Shown: positions 27,553-36,453, counted from the first letter of the stretch. The stretch: DNA of 46,229 nt from Bdellovibrio sp. (GCA_043756765.1 JAYUQO010000033.1:1-46229), one strand, 5' to 3'. Notes: generated by a model from the letters alone, not told the origin. Numbers and translations: made by a program.

Positions 27553-28905
27553 TTAACTACCTCCTCCACCAATTGCTGCTCCTTGTGTTTTTATTTTTGA
27601 CACTGCTTCCTCCATTTTGGCAAACTGCCGACGTAACATTTCTTCTCTTTTTTCTAGATTCTTTTCTTTTCGTTCAATTTTTTGATCTATATTTGAAACT
27701 TGTCGTTGTAGGTTGTTTTTACGATTACCCACAACACCCGCTTGCGGGTCAGTGATTTCACGAATTTTAGTTCGCATATTTGTCACAAAACCTGTGTCCA
27801 CTAAATTACCGCGCATAAATTCAACAACATCTTTTGGATTTTGTGCGACGGCTTTTTTAAATTTTTCAGGACTAAAATTTAATGTTCCTGTTCGGTTGAA
27901 CTCAACACCAAGTTCTAAAATTCTTTCAAATGAACTATTTGTATTTTGAACGTTTTGGATAATTCCGCGTAACCGCGATTCGGTCATTCGCAGCATGCTA
28001 TCGCCACCCAAAGGCCCTAATCTTGGGCTGCCTGTTTTGTCATTGGTTAATTTATTTTGAGTTTGAATAAAACCTAAGGCACCGTTGTAAGCATCAACGA
28101 AAGATTTCATTTTCTCGCCGATGGCTTCATAGTTTTCAGTGACCGATAATTTAATTGGGGTTCCATCACGAGCTTGTTTTAAATCTAAGGTCACACCAGG
28201 TATTAAATCAGTCACTTTATTATCTGATGTTTCAAATTCATGACCATTTAGTTTAAACTTTGCATTTAAAGCTGGCAATCGGTTGTCCAAACTAAAATCT
28301 GTGTCACCATCAATTAAATACACTGTTGGAAATTGAACTTCATTGTCATCACCAGTTTTAGCGCCAGTGATTTGTAATTTAAAACTTTCATCTTTATCTT
28401 TTCTGTCGTTAATTATAGTCGCTTTGACTCCGACATCAGATTGATTAATCAAAGATACAATGCCTTCTAAAGTTGAGTTTTCTTTATCGATATAAACTTC
28501 TTGTTCGCCCTCTGGCGTGTCGAAACGGATATATCCCACACCTAATGATGTTGTGTCTCTGTCAGGAATACCCGAAGAAACGATTGCGGGCTTCGTTGCT
28601 AATTGTTGGACTTCTAAGGTCCAATCACCAGCTTCTGCTATTGAAGGATCTACTTCACCGTCAACGATGTCAGGAAACCCTGAACTAAATTTCATATCAC
28701 TGAAGCCCCTGGCACTAATAATTGTACTTAAGTTTTTAAGAACATCATTTATTTTAGTTTCAAATTCTGAAACAAGTTTGACCTTGTCTTCAATTTTCAG
28801 TTTATCATCCTGCATTTTTTTAACGGGCATACGCTCAGCTTCGATCACTTGATCGACTAAGTTGGGTGGTAATCCGCTTGCAAGTCCGCCTATGCGAATG
28901 GCCAT
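27553..28905 (-). CDS. fliD: Flagellar filament cap protein
   Basis: GLASGL...AER, V.QLA, IPGVTLDL, FVDAYN, LRRQFAKME; GGAGG RBS before ATG 28905. Confidence 0.95.
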   Translation of the reverse strand: MAIRIGGLASGLPPNLVDQVIEAERMPVKKMQDDKLKIEDKVKLVSEFETKINDVLKNLSTIISARGFSDMKFSSGFPDIVDGEVDPSIAEAGDWTLEVQQLATKPAIVSSGIPDRDTTSLGVGYIRFDTPEGEQEVYIDKENSTLEGIVSLINQSDVGVKATIINDRKDKDESFKLQITGAKTGDDNEVQFPTVYLIDGDTDFSLDNRLPALNAKFKLNGHEFETSDNKVTDLIPGVTLDLKQARDGTPIKLSVTENYEAIGEKMKSFVDAYNGALGFIQTQNKLTNDKTGSPRLGPLGGDSMLRMTESRLRGIIQNVQNTNSSFERILELGVEFNRTGTLNFSPEKFKKAVAQNPKDVVEFMRGNLVDTGFVTNMRTKIREITDPQAGVVGNRKNNLQRQVSNIDQKIERKEKNLEKREEMLRRQFAKMEEAVSKIKTQGAAIGGGGS

Positions 28906-29107
28906 TGTTTTCCTCCATGAAATACAATAACTAACCTTCATAGTATGACAGATTTTTTTTAATTTCTGTGAGTCAATTGATTGTCTATGGACTTACTACG
29001 AGTAGGTAAAAAATGCCTCTGATACAAATCAGCTTCACACACTAGACTTGTCACGACGATCAGCTTGTTTATACAATAAAATATTAAAAATAAAAGGACC
29101 TTGATCT

Positions 29108-29389
29108 ATGAAGAATAAAAAAGCATCCAAAAAAAAATTCAGTTCTCTGGGCGGATATCTAAAGGGAAAACGTGAAAGTACCCGCTACACCCAAAGTGAT
29201 GTTGCAAAGACTTGTCAGTGCAAAGCCCAATTTGTTTCGAACTGGGAGCGTGGGTTATGTTCGCCACCATGGCCGATACTTAAAAAATTAATTAAAATTT
29301 ATGATTTACCCCAGAAACAACTATTTTTATTTTTAATGAAGGAACATGAATTGTTAATAAAAAATGAACTGGGAATTAGTAAGAAATAG
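29108..29389 (+). CDS. XRE-family helix-turn-helix regulator
   Basis: LGGYLK..R....TQSDVA......QFVSNWERGLCSPP. Confidence 0.85.
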   Translation: MKNKKASKKKFSSLGGYLKGKRESTRYTQSDVAKTCQCKAQFVSNWERGLCSPPWPILKKLIKIYDLPQKQLFLFLMKEHELLIKNELGISKK

Positions 29390-29397
29390 GTCTAAAA

Positions 29398-30390
29398 CTA
29401 GACCTCTTTTATAACTTCGAAACCTTTTAGACTTCCCACTATGGCATAGCCAACAGCAACAACTTTTGGATTTATTTTCTTTAATTTACCTGCAATAGCT
29501 TGAAGCGTAGCGCCTGATCCAACAGCATCATCAATAATAAGTATTTTTTTATAGCTCGATTTATTTTCCTTTGGATAAATAGTATTTTCTGCATTATCAA
29601 TTCGCTCTTCTAGCTTAGTCAGTGATTTTTGTGCAATTGGCACCTTTCCCGAATAGGCTTTTAAAAAAACAACCTCCGGCAAACTCAGTTTTAAACTTTT
29701 TTTGACTTGGTTTAGAAACGGAATTTTCCTAGGTAGCGAATGTGGAGCCCATGCAATAGCATCTATTTTATGAATTTTAATCAATCTAGCTATAGAATCC
29801 GAAACCTGATGCGCAACTTCATTGATAAGCTTTACATTCTGAGATTGTTTTGCGTAGAGAACTAAATTGCCAAGCTTTGTTTTACCAAATTTCGGCAAAC
29901 TATAAAAATCAGAATAATAGACATGATCTAACTGACAATCAGCAAATGTGTCTTGAAATTTTTTTGATGCTTCAATCATTTTTATTTTAGTATCAAAGTA
30001 GTCATCATATTTTTTTCGCACCTCTGAATATTCGTCAGCTAGTTTTCGAATAAGGTGTATTTGCTTATTTGTTTCAACCCAAGATTTGAAACCTTCTACT
30101 CCATATAAAATTTCTCCTTGGGGGCTTATGTATAGGTAGTTTTTTTCAAACAGGGCCTTTTCAACAGCCGATAAATCTAATTCAACTTTGTATTTTTTAT
30201 TTTCAGATATTTTGTAATAAACGTTAGGCGCTGATCCAATTTTTATTATTTTATTTTCTTCGATTAATTTTTTAAGCTGTCTGTGAACTGCCTGAGCTGA
30301 TATTTTGAAGAAATCAGTTATTTGCCGCGGGCTTGATTGATCATTTTCTTTAATATAATCAAGTATTTGTGATTTTGTAGCTGTTTTCAT
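29398..30390 (-). CDS. Winged-HTH + type I phosphoribosyltransferase (ComF-like) fusion
   Basis: N-terminal wHTH (QILDYIK...ISAQAVHRQLKKL); PRPP-binding loop ILIIDDAVGSGATL. Confidence 0.8.
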   Translation of the reverse strand: MKTATKSQILDYIKENDQSSPRQITDFFKISAQAVHRQLKKLIEENKIIKIGSAPNVYYKISENKKYKVELDLSAVEKALFEKNYLYISPQGEILYGVEGFKSWVETNKQIHLIRKLADEYSEVRKKYDDYFDTKIKMIEASKKFQDTFADCQLDHVYYSDFYSLPKFGKTKLGNLVLYAKQSQNVKLINEVAHQVSDSIARLIKIHKIDAIAWAPHSLPRKIPFLNQVKKSLKLSLPEVVFLKAYSGKVPIAQKSLTKLEERIDNAENTIYPKENKSSYKKILIIDDAVGSGATLQAIAGKLKKINPKVVAVGYAIVGSLKGFEVIKEV

Positions 30391-30421
30391 AGTTTATAGT
30401 TTACTATAAACTATAAACTAT
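30389..30421. promoter_or_regulatory. Perfect inverted repeat / heptamer array over a leaderless promoter (putative operator)
   Basis: ATAGTTTATAGT-TT-ACTATAAACTAT plus an extra AAACTAT; minus strand TTGTTA-N17-TAAACT-N7-ATG. Confidence 0.7.
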
Positions 30422-30486
30422 AACAACATTAATGATTATCGTCTAAAAATCGACTAGTAATTGTCTAATTTTATCGGATTCGAATG

Positions 30487-31666
30487 CTAATCGTAGGCTT
30501 TGCCTTCAGTAGCTAATTGTTCTAAAGATTTGTTGTCACAGTCTCCTGTCCCGACTTCGCCTCCATCAGCCGGAGTGCCATCTAGTTTGAAGGTGTTCAT
30601 ATGAAACCCAGTACTACTATATCTGACTACACCATTTATAATCTGATTAAGCACGTAGATGTTTGATCTACTAGTAGATCCTGTTCCATTGCATTTTAAA
30701 TAATTTTTAAATTTCGGCGCTAAACCTAACTTATTTCTAAACGGATCCAATGTTGATTGTGCCTTTTCCCAAGCTCCAGTTTGACAACTAAGCAATACAC
30801 TATTTGTATCACGAGCCACTAATCCGTTAGGTGAACAAGCCGCACTTTCAACAACAATATCATTCAACTGAACTTTTCCCAATCTAGCAGATCCTGACGT
30901 TATTAAATCATTATTTCCTAATTTTAAATCACCAGTCATCGCATTCGTTCCATCCAATTTTAAATATTTTGTATCTAAATTTTCACAGGCAATACTACCG
31001 TCAGAATTATATCCATTCATGACTTCATTCGCTGCACACTTTTGAACAAATGCATTACCACCGCCACCAGTGCCATTTCCCATACAAGCAACTATTTTCG
31101 TTGCAGTTGGAATAGTACTATCAACAGTTAATACTGCAGTCACAGTAACAGGTTTGTGTGGTCTAACTGATTTTGTTTCATCAAAATCAACGATCCAATC
31201 GCCTTTGTAAGTTGATCCGGAACCGTTCGTGATATTTAATTTAATTGATTTAATAACCATCGATGATGAATACACTGATGCTGATTGTCCGACTTGTGCA
31301 ACAACCACACTTGGCGTGCCTGACATGACACTTGCATAAATTGGCAACGACGGAGTCAACGTTTGCGGAAGCGCACTTGAATTAAAAGTCAGTTGTGTCG
31401 GATTATTTAAAATATGATTACAGACTGAACCTTCAGCTAAAACACTAATTAGATTTTTTTGTAGATCAAGGCCGGCTAAAATTTCAGAAACTGATTTTGT
31501 TTCTTTTTGTTGGTTTAAAATCATTGAAGAAAACCCAACCATGATAATTGCCATAATTCCTATGGCAATTAATGTTTCGATAATAGTTACACCATTGTTA
31601 TTGCTGAGTTGCTGAGTTGCTGAGTTGCTGAGTTGCTGAGTTTATTAATTTCTTATCTTTAAACAT
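30487..31666 (-). CDS. Type IV prepilin-like fibre adhesin with PilV-like motif; frameshifted in an 8-bp repeat tract (putative phase-OFF)
   Basis: Frame upstream of ORF 30487-31554 reads NNNG|VTIIETLIAIGIMAIIMVGF (prepilin cleavage site, E5) but hits TAA at 31644-31642. RBS GGGAG + ATG at 31666 is out of frame (112 bp to ATG 31554). Later YLKLDGTNAMTGDLKLG fibre motif and ACSPNGLVARDTNSVLLSCQTGAW. Confidence 0.8.
31601..31640 (-). repeat. Simple sequence repeat (CTCAGCAA)x5 in the prepilin leader
   Basis: Five perfect TTGCTGAG units on the + strand. Confidence 0.97.
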
Positions 31667-31683
31667 GTCAACTCCCAGTTAAA

Positions 31684-32073
31684 CTACGCTACACGCTTTA
31701 ATAGATTACCTTTGTGAGGATCAGATGAAACTTGATCGAAGACTTCCCATAGACCCATTTCTGAAATACGTCGAATTAATTCACCAGTCGGATTTTTTAC
31801 TTCGGCAAAATAATAGCTGTCTTCTTCAACTAATGTAGCAATCCAAGACATTTCTTTCATGAAGGTTTTTTCGTTTAATAAGTGAATAGCTTTTTCAGCT
31901 TGTTCACGGCTCATTTTTTCTTTTTTAACTTGTCGTTGAAATAAGGCCTGCCCGTTGGCATCGCGATCGTTTGACTGATCAGCTTTAATTGATTTTTCTA
32001 CAGGACGAGCTGAGTCCTTTGAATTGACCCCACTTAGTATTTGATTGGTCCCTGTTAGATTTTTGATGTTCAT
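31684..32073 (-). CDS. FlaG-like flagellar-locus protein
   Basis: C-terminal ...LNE... EVKNPTGELIRRIS resembles FlaG; lies between fliC and fliD with a sigma28-like promoter. Confidence 0.55.
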   Translation of the reverse strand: MNIKNLTGTNQILSGVNSKDSARPVEKSIKADQSNDRDANGQALFQRQVKKEKMSREQAEKAIHLLNEKTFMKEMSWIATLVEEDSYYFAEVKNPTGELIRRISEMGLWEVFDQVSSDPHKGNLLKRVA

Positions 32074-32082
32074 ACCTAGTAC

Positions 32083-32109
32083 TTTTCGGACGAATTTTTG
32101 TTTACTTAA
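32083..32109 (-). promoter_or_regulatory. sigma28 (FliA)-like promoter
   Basis: Minus strand TTAA-N15-TCCGAAAA. Confidence 0.55.
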
Positions 32110-32165
32110 ATTTTTGGATTGATTTGAGACAAAGATCTGGGGCTATAGCCAATACTTATCACTAT

Positions 32166-32231
32166 TTGACCATTTCGGCACTAACTCCAAAATGGTCTTG
32201 ACTATTTGGGATTACAGTCCAAAATGGTCAA
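32166..32231 (+). repeat. Two tandem ~32-bp imperfect palindromes directly before the ATPase ATG (operator + leaderless promoter)
   Basis: TTGACCATTTCGG-N7-TCCAAAATGGTC and TTGACTATTTGGG-N7-TCCAAAATGGTCAA, then ATG at 32232. Confidence 0.8.
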
Positions 32232-33380
32232 ATGAAGACTTTCCCACGTTTATTAAGTGTTGATATAAAAAAAGACCTTGAAAAGAAACTTGTCTTACTG
32301 GCCGGTCCCAGACAATGTGGCAAAACAACTTTTGCAAAAACATTATTTGCTCATTTCGATTATTTAAATTTTGATAACTTTGATGACAAACAAATTATTC
32401 TTAAACAAATGTGGAATCGAAAAAAAGATTTTATTATTCTTGATGAAATTCACAAAATGCCCCGTTGGAAATCATTTTTAAAAGGAATCTATGATAATGA
32501 AGGCGTTAATCCTAAAATGCTTGTTACAGGCAGTGCTCAATTTGATACTTTTCGAAAATTTGGTGACTCATTGGCAGGTCGACATTTTTACTATCGCTTA
32601 CACCCCCTTGATATAAAAGAACTTGTTACCTTAGGTTTTAAAGACAGTCCGCAAAATATTCTTGAACGCCTTATAAAAGTAAGTAGTTTTCCAGATCCTT
32701 TTTTCAACGGTGAAATTGAGTATTATAGAAAATGGCGACAAACACATCTAGATGTTATTATTAAGCAAGATTTAATTGATCTTGAAGCTGTAAAAGATAT
32801 TCAATCCGTTTCATTACTTGTGCAAATGTTACGCTCAAAAGTAGGTTCTGCTTTATCAATTAATTCATTAGCAACTGTACTACACAAAGATCCTAAAACA
32901 ATTCAACGCTGGTTAAACTTGCTCGAAGAACTTTTCGTCATTTTCAAAGTTACACCTTTTTCAAAAAATATTGCAAGGTCTGTCAAAAAAGAACCTAAAT
33001 ATTATTTTTATGACACTGCATTTGTTGAAGGAAGTTATTCTCAAAAAATTGAAAATGTTGTTGCTTGTGCTTTACTTAAAGAGGCTCATTTTCAAACTGA
33101 TGCAAAAGGCAACCCCTACAAGTTGTATTTTTTAAAAGTTAAGGGTGGGCGCGAAATCGATTTTTTCCTTCACGCTGAAGATGCTGATTCAAAATCTTTC
33201 AGTATTGAAGTCAAAGAATCTGATCAAGATCCTTCTGCAAATTTTAAATTATTTAAAGGTGTAGTCAAAAATAATCAACAAATTCAATTAGTAGCCAATA
33301 TAAAAAAAGATTTAACAACAGCAGCGGGTCTTGAGGTTAGAAACTTGGCAGACTGGCTAACTGAAATAAATCTTAAATAG
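32232..33380 (+). CDS. AAA_14 ATPase with DUF4143 (HTH + PD-(D/E)XK-like C-terminus)
   Basis: GPRQCGKTT Walker A, ILDEIH Walker B, VTGS, SLAGR, KYYFYDT, EIDF..IEVK. Confidence 0.88.
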   Translation: MKTFPRLLSVDIKKDLEKKLVLLAGPRQCGKTTFAKTLFAHFDYLNFDNFDDKQIILKQMWNRKKDFIILDEIHKMPRWKSFLKGIYDNEGVNPKMLVTGSAQFDTFRKFGDSLAGRHFYYRLHPLDIKELVTLGFKDSPQNILERLIKVSSFPDPFFNGEIEYYRKWRQTHLDVIIKQDLIDLEAVKDIQSVSLLVQMLRSKVGSALSINSLATVLHKDPKTIQRWLNLLEELFVIFKVTPFSKNIARSVKKEPKYYFYDTAFVEGSYSQKIENVVACALLKEAHFQTDAKGNPYKLYFLKVKGGREIDFFLHAEDADSKSFSIEVKESDQDPSANFKLFKGVVKNNQQIQLVANIKKDLTTAAGLEVRNLADWLTEINLK

Positions 33381-33403
33381 AATATTGAATGTACTTATTA
33401 GAC

Positions 33404-33441
33404 AAAAAGAAAAACCCAGCATGACGTTGGTCGTGCTGGGT
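33404..33441 (-). terminator. Intrinsic terminator after flagellin
   Basis: ACCCAGCATGAC-GTTG-GTCGTGCTGGGT hairpin with an A-tract (U-tract on minus). Confidence 0.7.
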
Positions 33442-33517
33442 AGAGAAAATATTTATTTAAATTGTTTGAGCAGGGCGGAGGTCAAACACACCCCGCCCAA
33501 AAATTTAAACAATTTAA

Positions 33518-34351
33518 TTAACCGATTAATTTTAAAGCCATTTGCGGCAATTGATTAGCTTGTGCTAGTACAGAAGTAGTTCCGTTTAAAAGAACACTGT
33601 TACGAGCTAATTCTGAAGTCGAAGTTGCAACATCTGTATCACGGATACGAGAATTTGCAGCACTGATACTTTCAGACATTGTACCGATCACATCAACCGC
33701 TGATGTTAATCTGTTTTGCATAGCTCCTAAATTTGCACGAGAACCATTTACAGTTAACTGTGCAGAATCTAAAGAAACTAAACCTGCTCTTGCGCCTTCT
33801 TTTGTATTGAAATCAAGATCATCGATTCCCAATGCATCTTTTGTAATATTTGTTTCTGCTGCGTTGTAAGAAATCCAGTCAGTACCTTCATTAGCTGTTG
33901 TTCCAACATGAATGTCGTAGACTCCACCAGTACCATCTAATAATTTTTTAGAACCGAAAGTTGTTGATTCAGCAACACGTTGAATCTCTGATTTCATAGC
34001 ATCAACTTCTTTTTGGATAAATCCACGCTCTTGATCTCCAACTGTATCAGAAGAAGCTTGGATACCTAATTCACGAACACGTGTTAGAATGTTAGAAACT
34101 TCACCCATACTTTGTTCAGCTGTCTGAATCATTGATATACCGTCATTCGCATTTCGTGAAGCCTGTGCGTATGATCTAATTGTTGATTTTAAGTTTTCAC
34201 TGATTGCTAAACCGGCAGCATCATCACCTGCTTTAGTAATTCTTGAACCAGTTGATAATTGCGCCATTGATTTTTGCATTTCACGAGTATTTGTATTCAT
34301 AACTCTTTGTGCATTAATAGCTGCTACGTTTGTTGTAATTCTTAATCCCAT
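33518..34351 (-). CDS. fliC: Flagellin (277 aa)
   Basis: MGLRITTN, LSTGSRI..AGDDAAGLAI, NANDGISMIQTAE, RANLGAMQNRL, SRIRDTD, LAQANQ.P..ALKLIG. Confidence 0.96.
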   Translation of the reverse strand: MGLRITTNVAAINAQRVMNTNTREMQKSMAQLSTGSRITKAGDDAAGLAISENLKSTIRSYAQASRNANDGISMIQTAEQSMGEVSNILTRVRELGIQASSDTVGDQERGFIQKEVDAMKSEIQRVAESTTFGSKKLLDGTGGVYDIHVGTTANEGTDWISYNAAETNITKDALGIDDLDFNTKEGARAGLVSLDSAQLTVNGSRANLGAMQNRLTSAVDVIGTMSESISAANSRIRDTDVATSTSELARNSVLLNGTTSVLAQANQLPQMALKLIG

Positions 34352-34509
34352 GTTCGACCTCTTCTTATATATGTAGGAATCTTCATTCCTGTTTGTACGT
34401 TTGGTGACCTGCACTCTGCTATCTGGACTTTCATCAAAATTCTGCGACAGTCACATCATCAGAATTTCTCAGTCTATCTAGTCGAGTCTGAGTCGTTTTG
34501 TTGATATAC

Positions 34510-34536
34510 CTTTCGGCGAGTCTGTGTTGAGCTTTA
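34510..34536 (-). promoter_or_regulatory. sigma28 (FliA) promoter
   Basis: Minus strand TAAA-N15-GCCGAAAG upstream of flagellin. Confidence 0.8.
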
Positions 34537-34722
34537 GTCGCGTCCTGCATTTCTGGACCAATGACTAGCCGAAACTAGACTAAGGTTTTGAAAAATAGAC
34601 CTTCAACAAGTACTTTTCCAAACTAAAGTCTAGGTATTATGTTGGTCTTATCTAGTCCTACACAGACCAACAACGATCAGACTTCAGTCTTCACAGACTA
34701 AAGAGTCATCTAGTCTTGAAAT

Positions 34723-34752
34723 AAAAAAAGGCCGCACATTTGTGCAGCCTTT
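34723..34752 (-). terminator. Intrinsic terminator
   Basis: AAAGGCCGCACA-TT-TGTGCAGCCTTT with an A7 tract, downstream of 34812-35201. Confidence 0.65.
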
Positions 34753-34811
34753 AACTCAACAAAATTTGTTGATATTTGATTGTATAGCTAATTATAAAAC
34801 TAAATTTATTA

Positions 34812-35201
34812 TTATTTTTTCTTTAAAATAAATGGAGTTGGCTCTGTTCCAAAAGCGTCAATTATTACTGGCACAACTACACCAGATTCAGATCTTACTG
34901 ATTCTGGAGTCACATCTGTGATATCGATTTCAACACGAACATTTGGCAAGAACGACAAAGGACATGCTAATTCAGCAGTTAATTTGTTTTCAACAACGGT
35001 GTATGTGCCTTCGCAACCAGGTTCAGGCATTGCAAAGTCAGGAGTCGATACTGTATAGTTTACAGTTTTATCAGCGCGTAAAAGAATAGTCGACGCGACC
35101 GTGCCTGTTTCTACATCAACAGCTGTGTAGCTACCTAATTCGATGTCTTTAGCTAAACCAAACTGGCAAATAAATAATACCGATAAAAAAATCTTTTTCA
35201 T
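34812..35201 (-). CDS. Small secreted hypothetical protein
   Basis: GAGG RBS, signal peptide MKKIFLSVLFICQFGLA, two Cys in the mature part. Confidence 0.75.
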   Translation of the reverse strand: MKKIFLSVLFICQFGLAKDIELGSYTAVDVETGTVASTILLRADKTVNYTVSTPDFAMPEPGCEGTYTVVENKLTAELACPLSFLPNVRVEIDITDVTPESVRSESGVVVPVIIDAFGTEPTPFILKKK

Positions 35202-35291
35202 AGTGCACCTCTTTGTGGCTAGTCATACCAAATCCAAAGGTATTGCCAAACAAAAAAGGCGTTATTAACGAGATCTTAAAATTACTACACG

Positions 35292-35323
35292 AAAAATGGC
35301 CCTAGCGAACAACCGCTAGAGCC
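35292..35323 (-). terminator. Probable intrinsic terminator after the second flagellin
   Basis: GGCCCTAGCG-AACAAC-CGCTAGAGCC preceded by an A-tract. Confidence 0.55.
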
Positions 35324-35382
35324 TGGGTTTAAGAAGCTATCTATAGGGAGACAACCTCATAAATCTTTTAAATCATTAAGAA

Positions 35383-36210
35383 TTATCCTAGCAATTTCAT
35401 TGCTGAATAGGGCTGTTGGTTTGCTTGAGTCAATACCGAGATTGCTGCATTTTGTAGCATACTTGATGACGCAAGCTCTGCCGATTCTTTAGCAATATCC
35501 GCATCCATCAGACGAGATTTCGCAGATTGTAAGTTTTCATACTTTACATCAAGGACGCTAACCGTAGAATCTAATCGCGACTGAACCGCACCGAAACCAG
35601 ATCGCATGCGTGATACTTTTTCTAAAGCCTCACTCACATTACCCAACAATTCACGGGCTCCTTCTTTCGAACTGATATCAACACCTGTTAACTCTAATCC
35701 ATCAAGTGTCGCATCAGCGTTTGAATTAAATGTAATAATATTTTCTTTGGTATTTTCTGATCCCACATGGAAATCAAATACTGGATTCGAACCATCTAAT
35801 AATAGACGATCACCAAACTTAGTTGTTTTAGAAATACGTTCGATCTCTGCAGATATACTTGAAGCTTCTTGTTGTAAGTAAACACGCTCGTTATCACCGA
35901 TCGTATCTGATGCAGATTGTACACCTAATTCACGTAAACGTGTGATTAAGTTAGCTTGCTCTGATAAGCCACCTTCTGCGACCTGAATTGTTGATACGGC
36001 ATTGAAGGCATTTGATCTAGCCTGTGCTGTACCACGAATTTCTGATTTCATTGTTTCACCGATCGCAAGACCTGCCGAATCGACTGATGCACTGGTAATA
36101 CGATTACCAGTTGCTAAAGCTTGCGAAGCGTTTTGTTGACGCTTCGTCTGCATTGCCATTGCTCTTTGTGCAGAAATCGATGCCATGTTTGTTGTTATTC
36201 TTAAACCCAT
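35383..36210 (-). CDS. fliC: Flagellin (275 aa)
   Basis: MGLRITTN, LATGNRI, IQVAEGGL, RSGFGAVQSRL, DADIAKE, QANQQP. Confidence 0.94.
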   Translation of the reverse strand: MGLRITTNMASISAQRAMAMQTKRQQNASQALATGNRITSASVDSAGLAIGETMKSEIRGTAQARSNAFNAVSTIQVAEGGLSEQANLITRLRELGVQSASDTIGDNERVYLQQEASSISAEIERISKTTKFGDRLLLDGSNPVFDFHVGSENTKENIITFNSNADATLDGLELTGVDISSKEGARELLGNVSEALEKVSRMRSGFGAVQSRLDSTVSVLDVKYENLQSAKSRLMDADIAKESAELASSSMLQNAAISVLTQANQQPYSAMKLLG

Positions 36211-36425
36211 ATAGACGTCCCCCTATTTACATAGTTGTTGTTGTTAATTTTTTGCAAAACGCAAAAATTTTAATAAAAACTCATATTTTTTGTTTTGGGA
36301 GAGAACCCACGAAGTTTTCATAGTGACTGCTAAAAAACTTCATGAGCCTATTGGAGGATCCGACTTGCCTAGTGACTGCCAAGCTTGTCTTAACTCTTTC
36401 GCGTCTCACCAACCGTACAAGAAAT

Positions 36426-36453
36426 ATTTCGGACTAAGGTCCAGAGAACTTTA
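36426..36453 (-). promoter_or_regulatory. sigma28 (FliA) promoter
   Basis: Minus strand TAAAGTT...TCCGAAAT (TAAA-N16-TCCGAAAT). Confidence 0.65.

Noticed and set aside
29398-31666. Shufflon (invertible PilV tips) or diversity-generating retroelement acting on the adhesin
   Set aside because: No recombinase or reverse transcriptase, and no second copy of the CQTGAW junction or template repeat seen in the window.
32139-32150. GGGGCTATAGC resembles a tRNA-Ala 5' end or att remnant
   Set aside because: No cloverleaf, T-loop or CCA follows; too short to support.
32166-32231. Mini CRISPR array
   Set aside because: Only two adjacent imperfect units, no spacer between them and no cas genes; position fits an operator.
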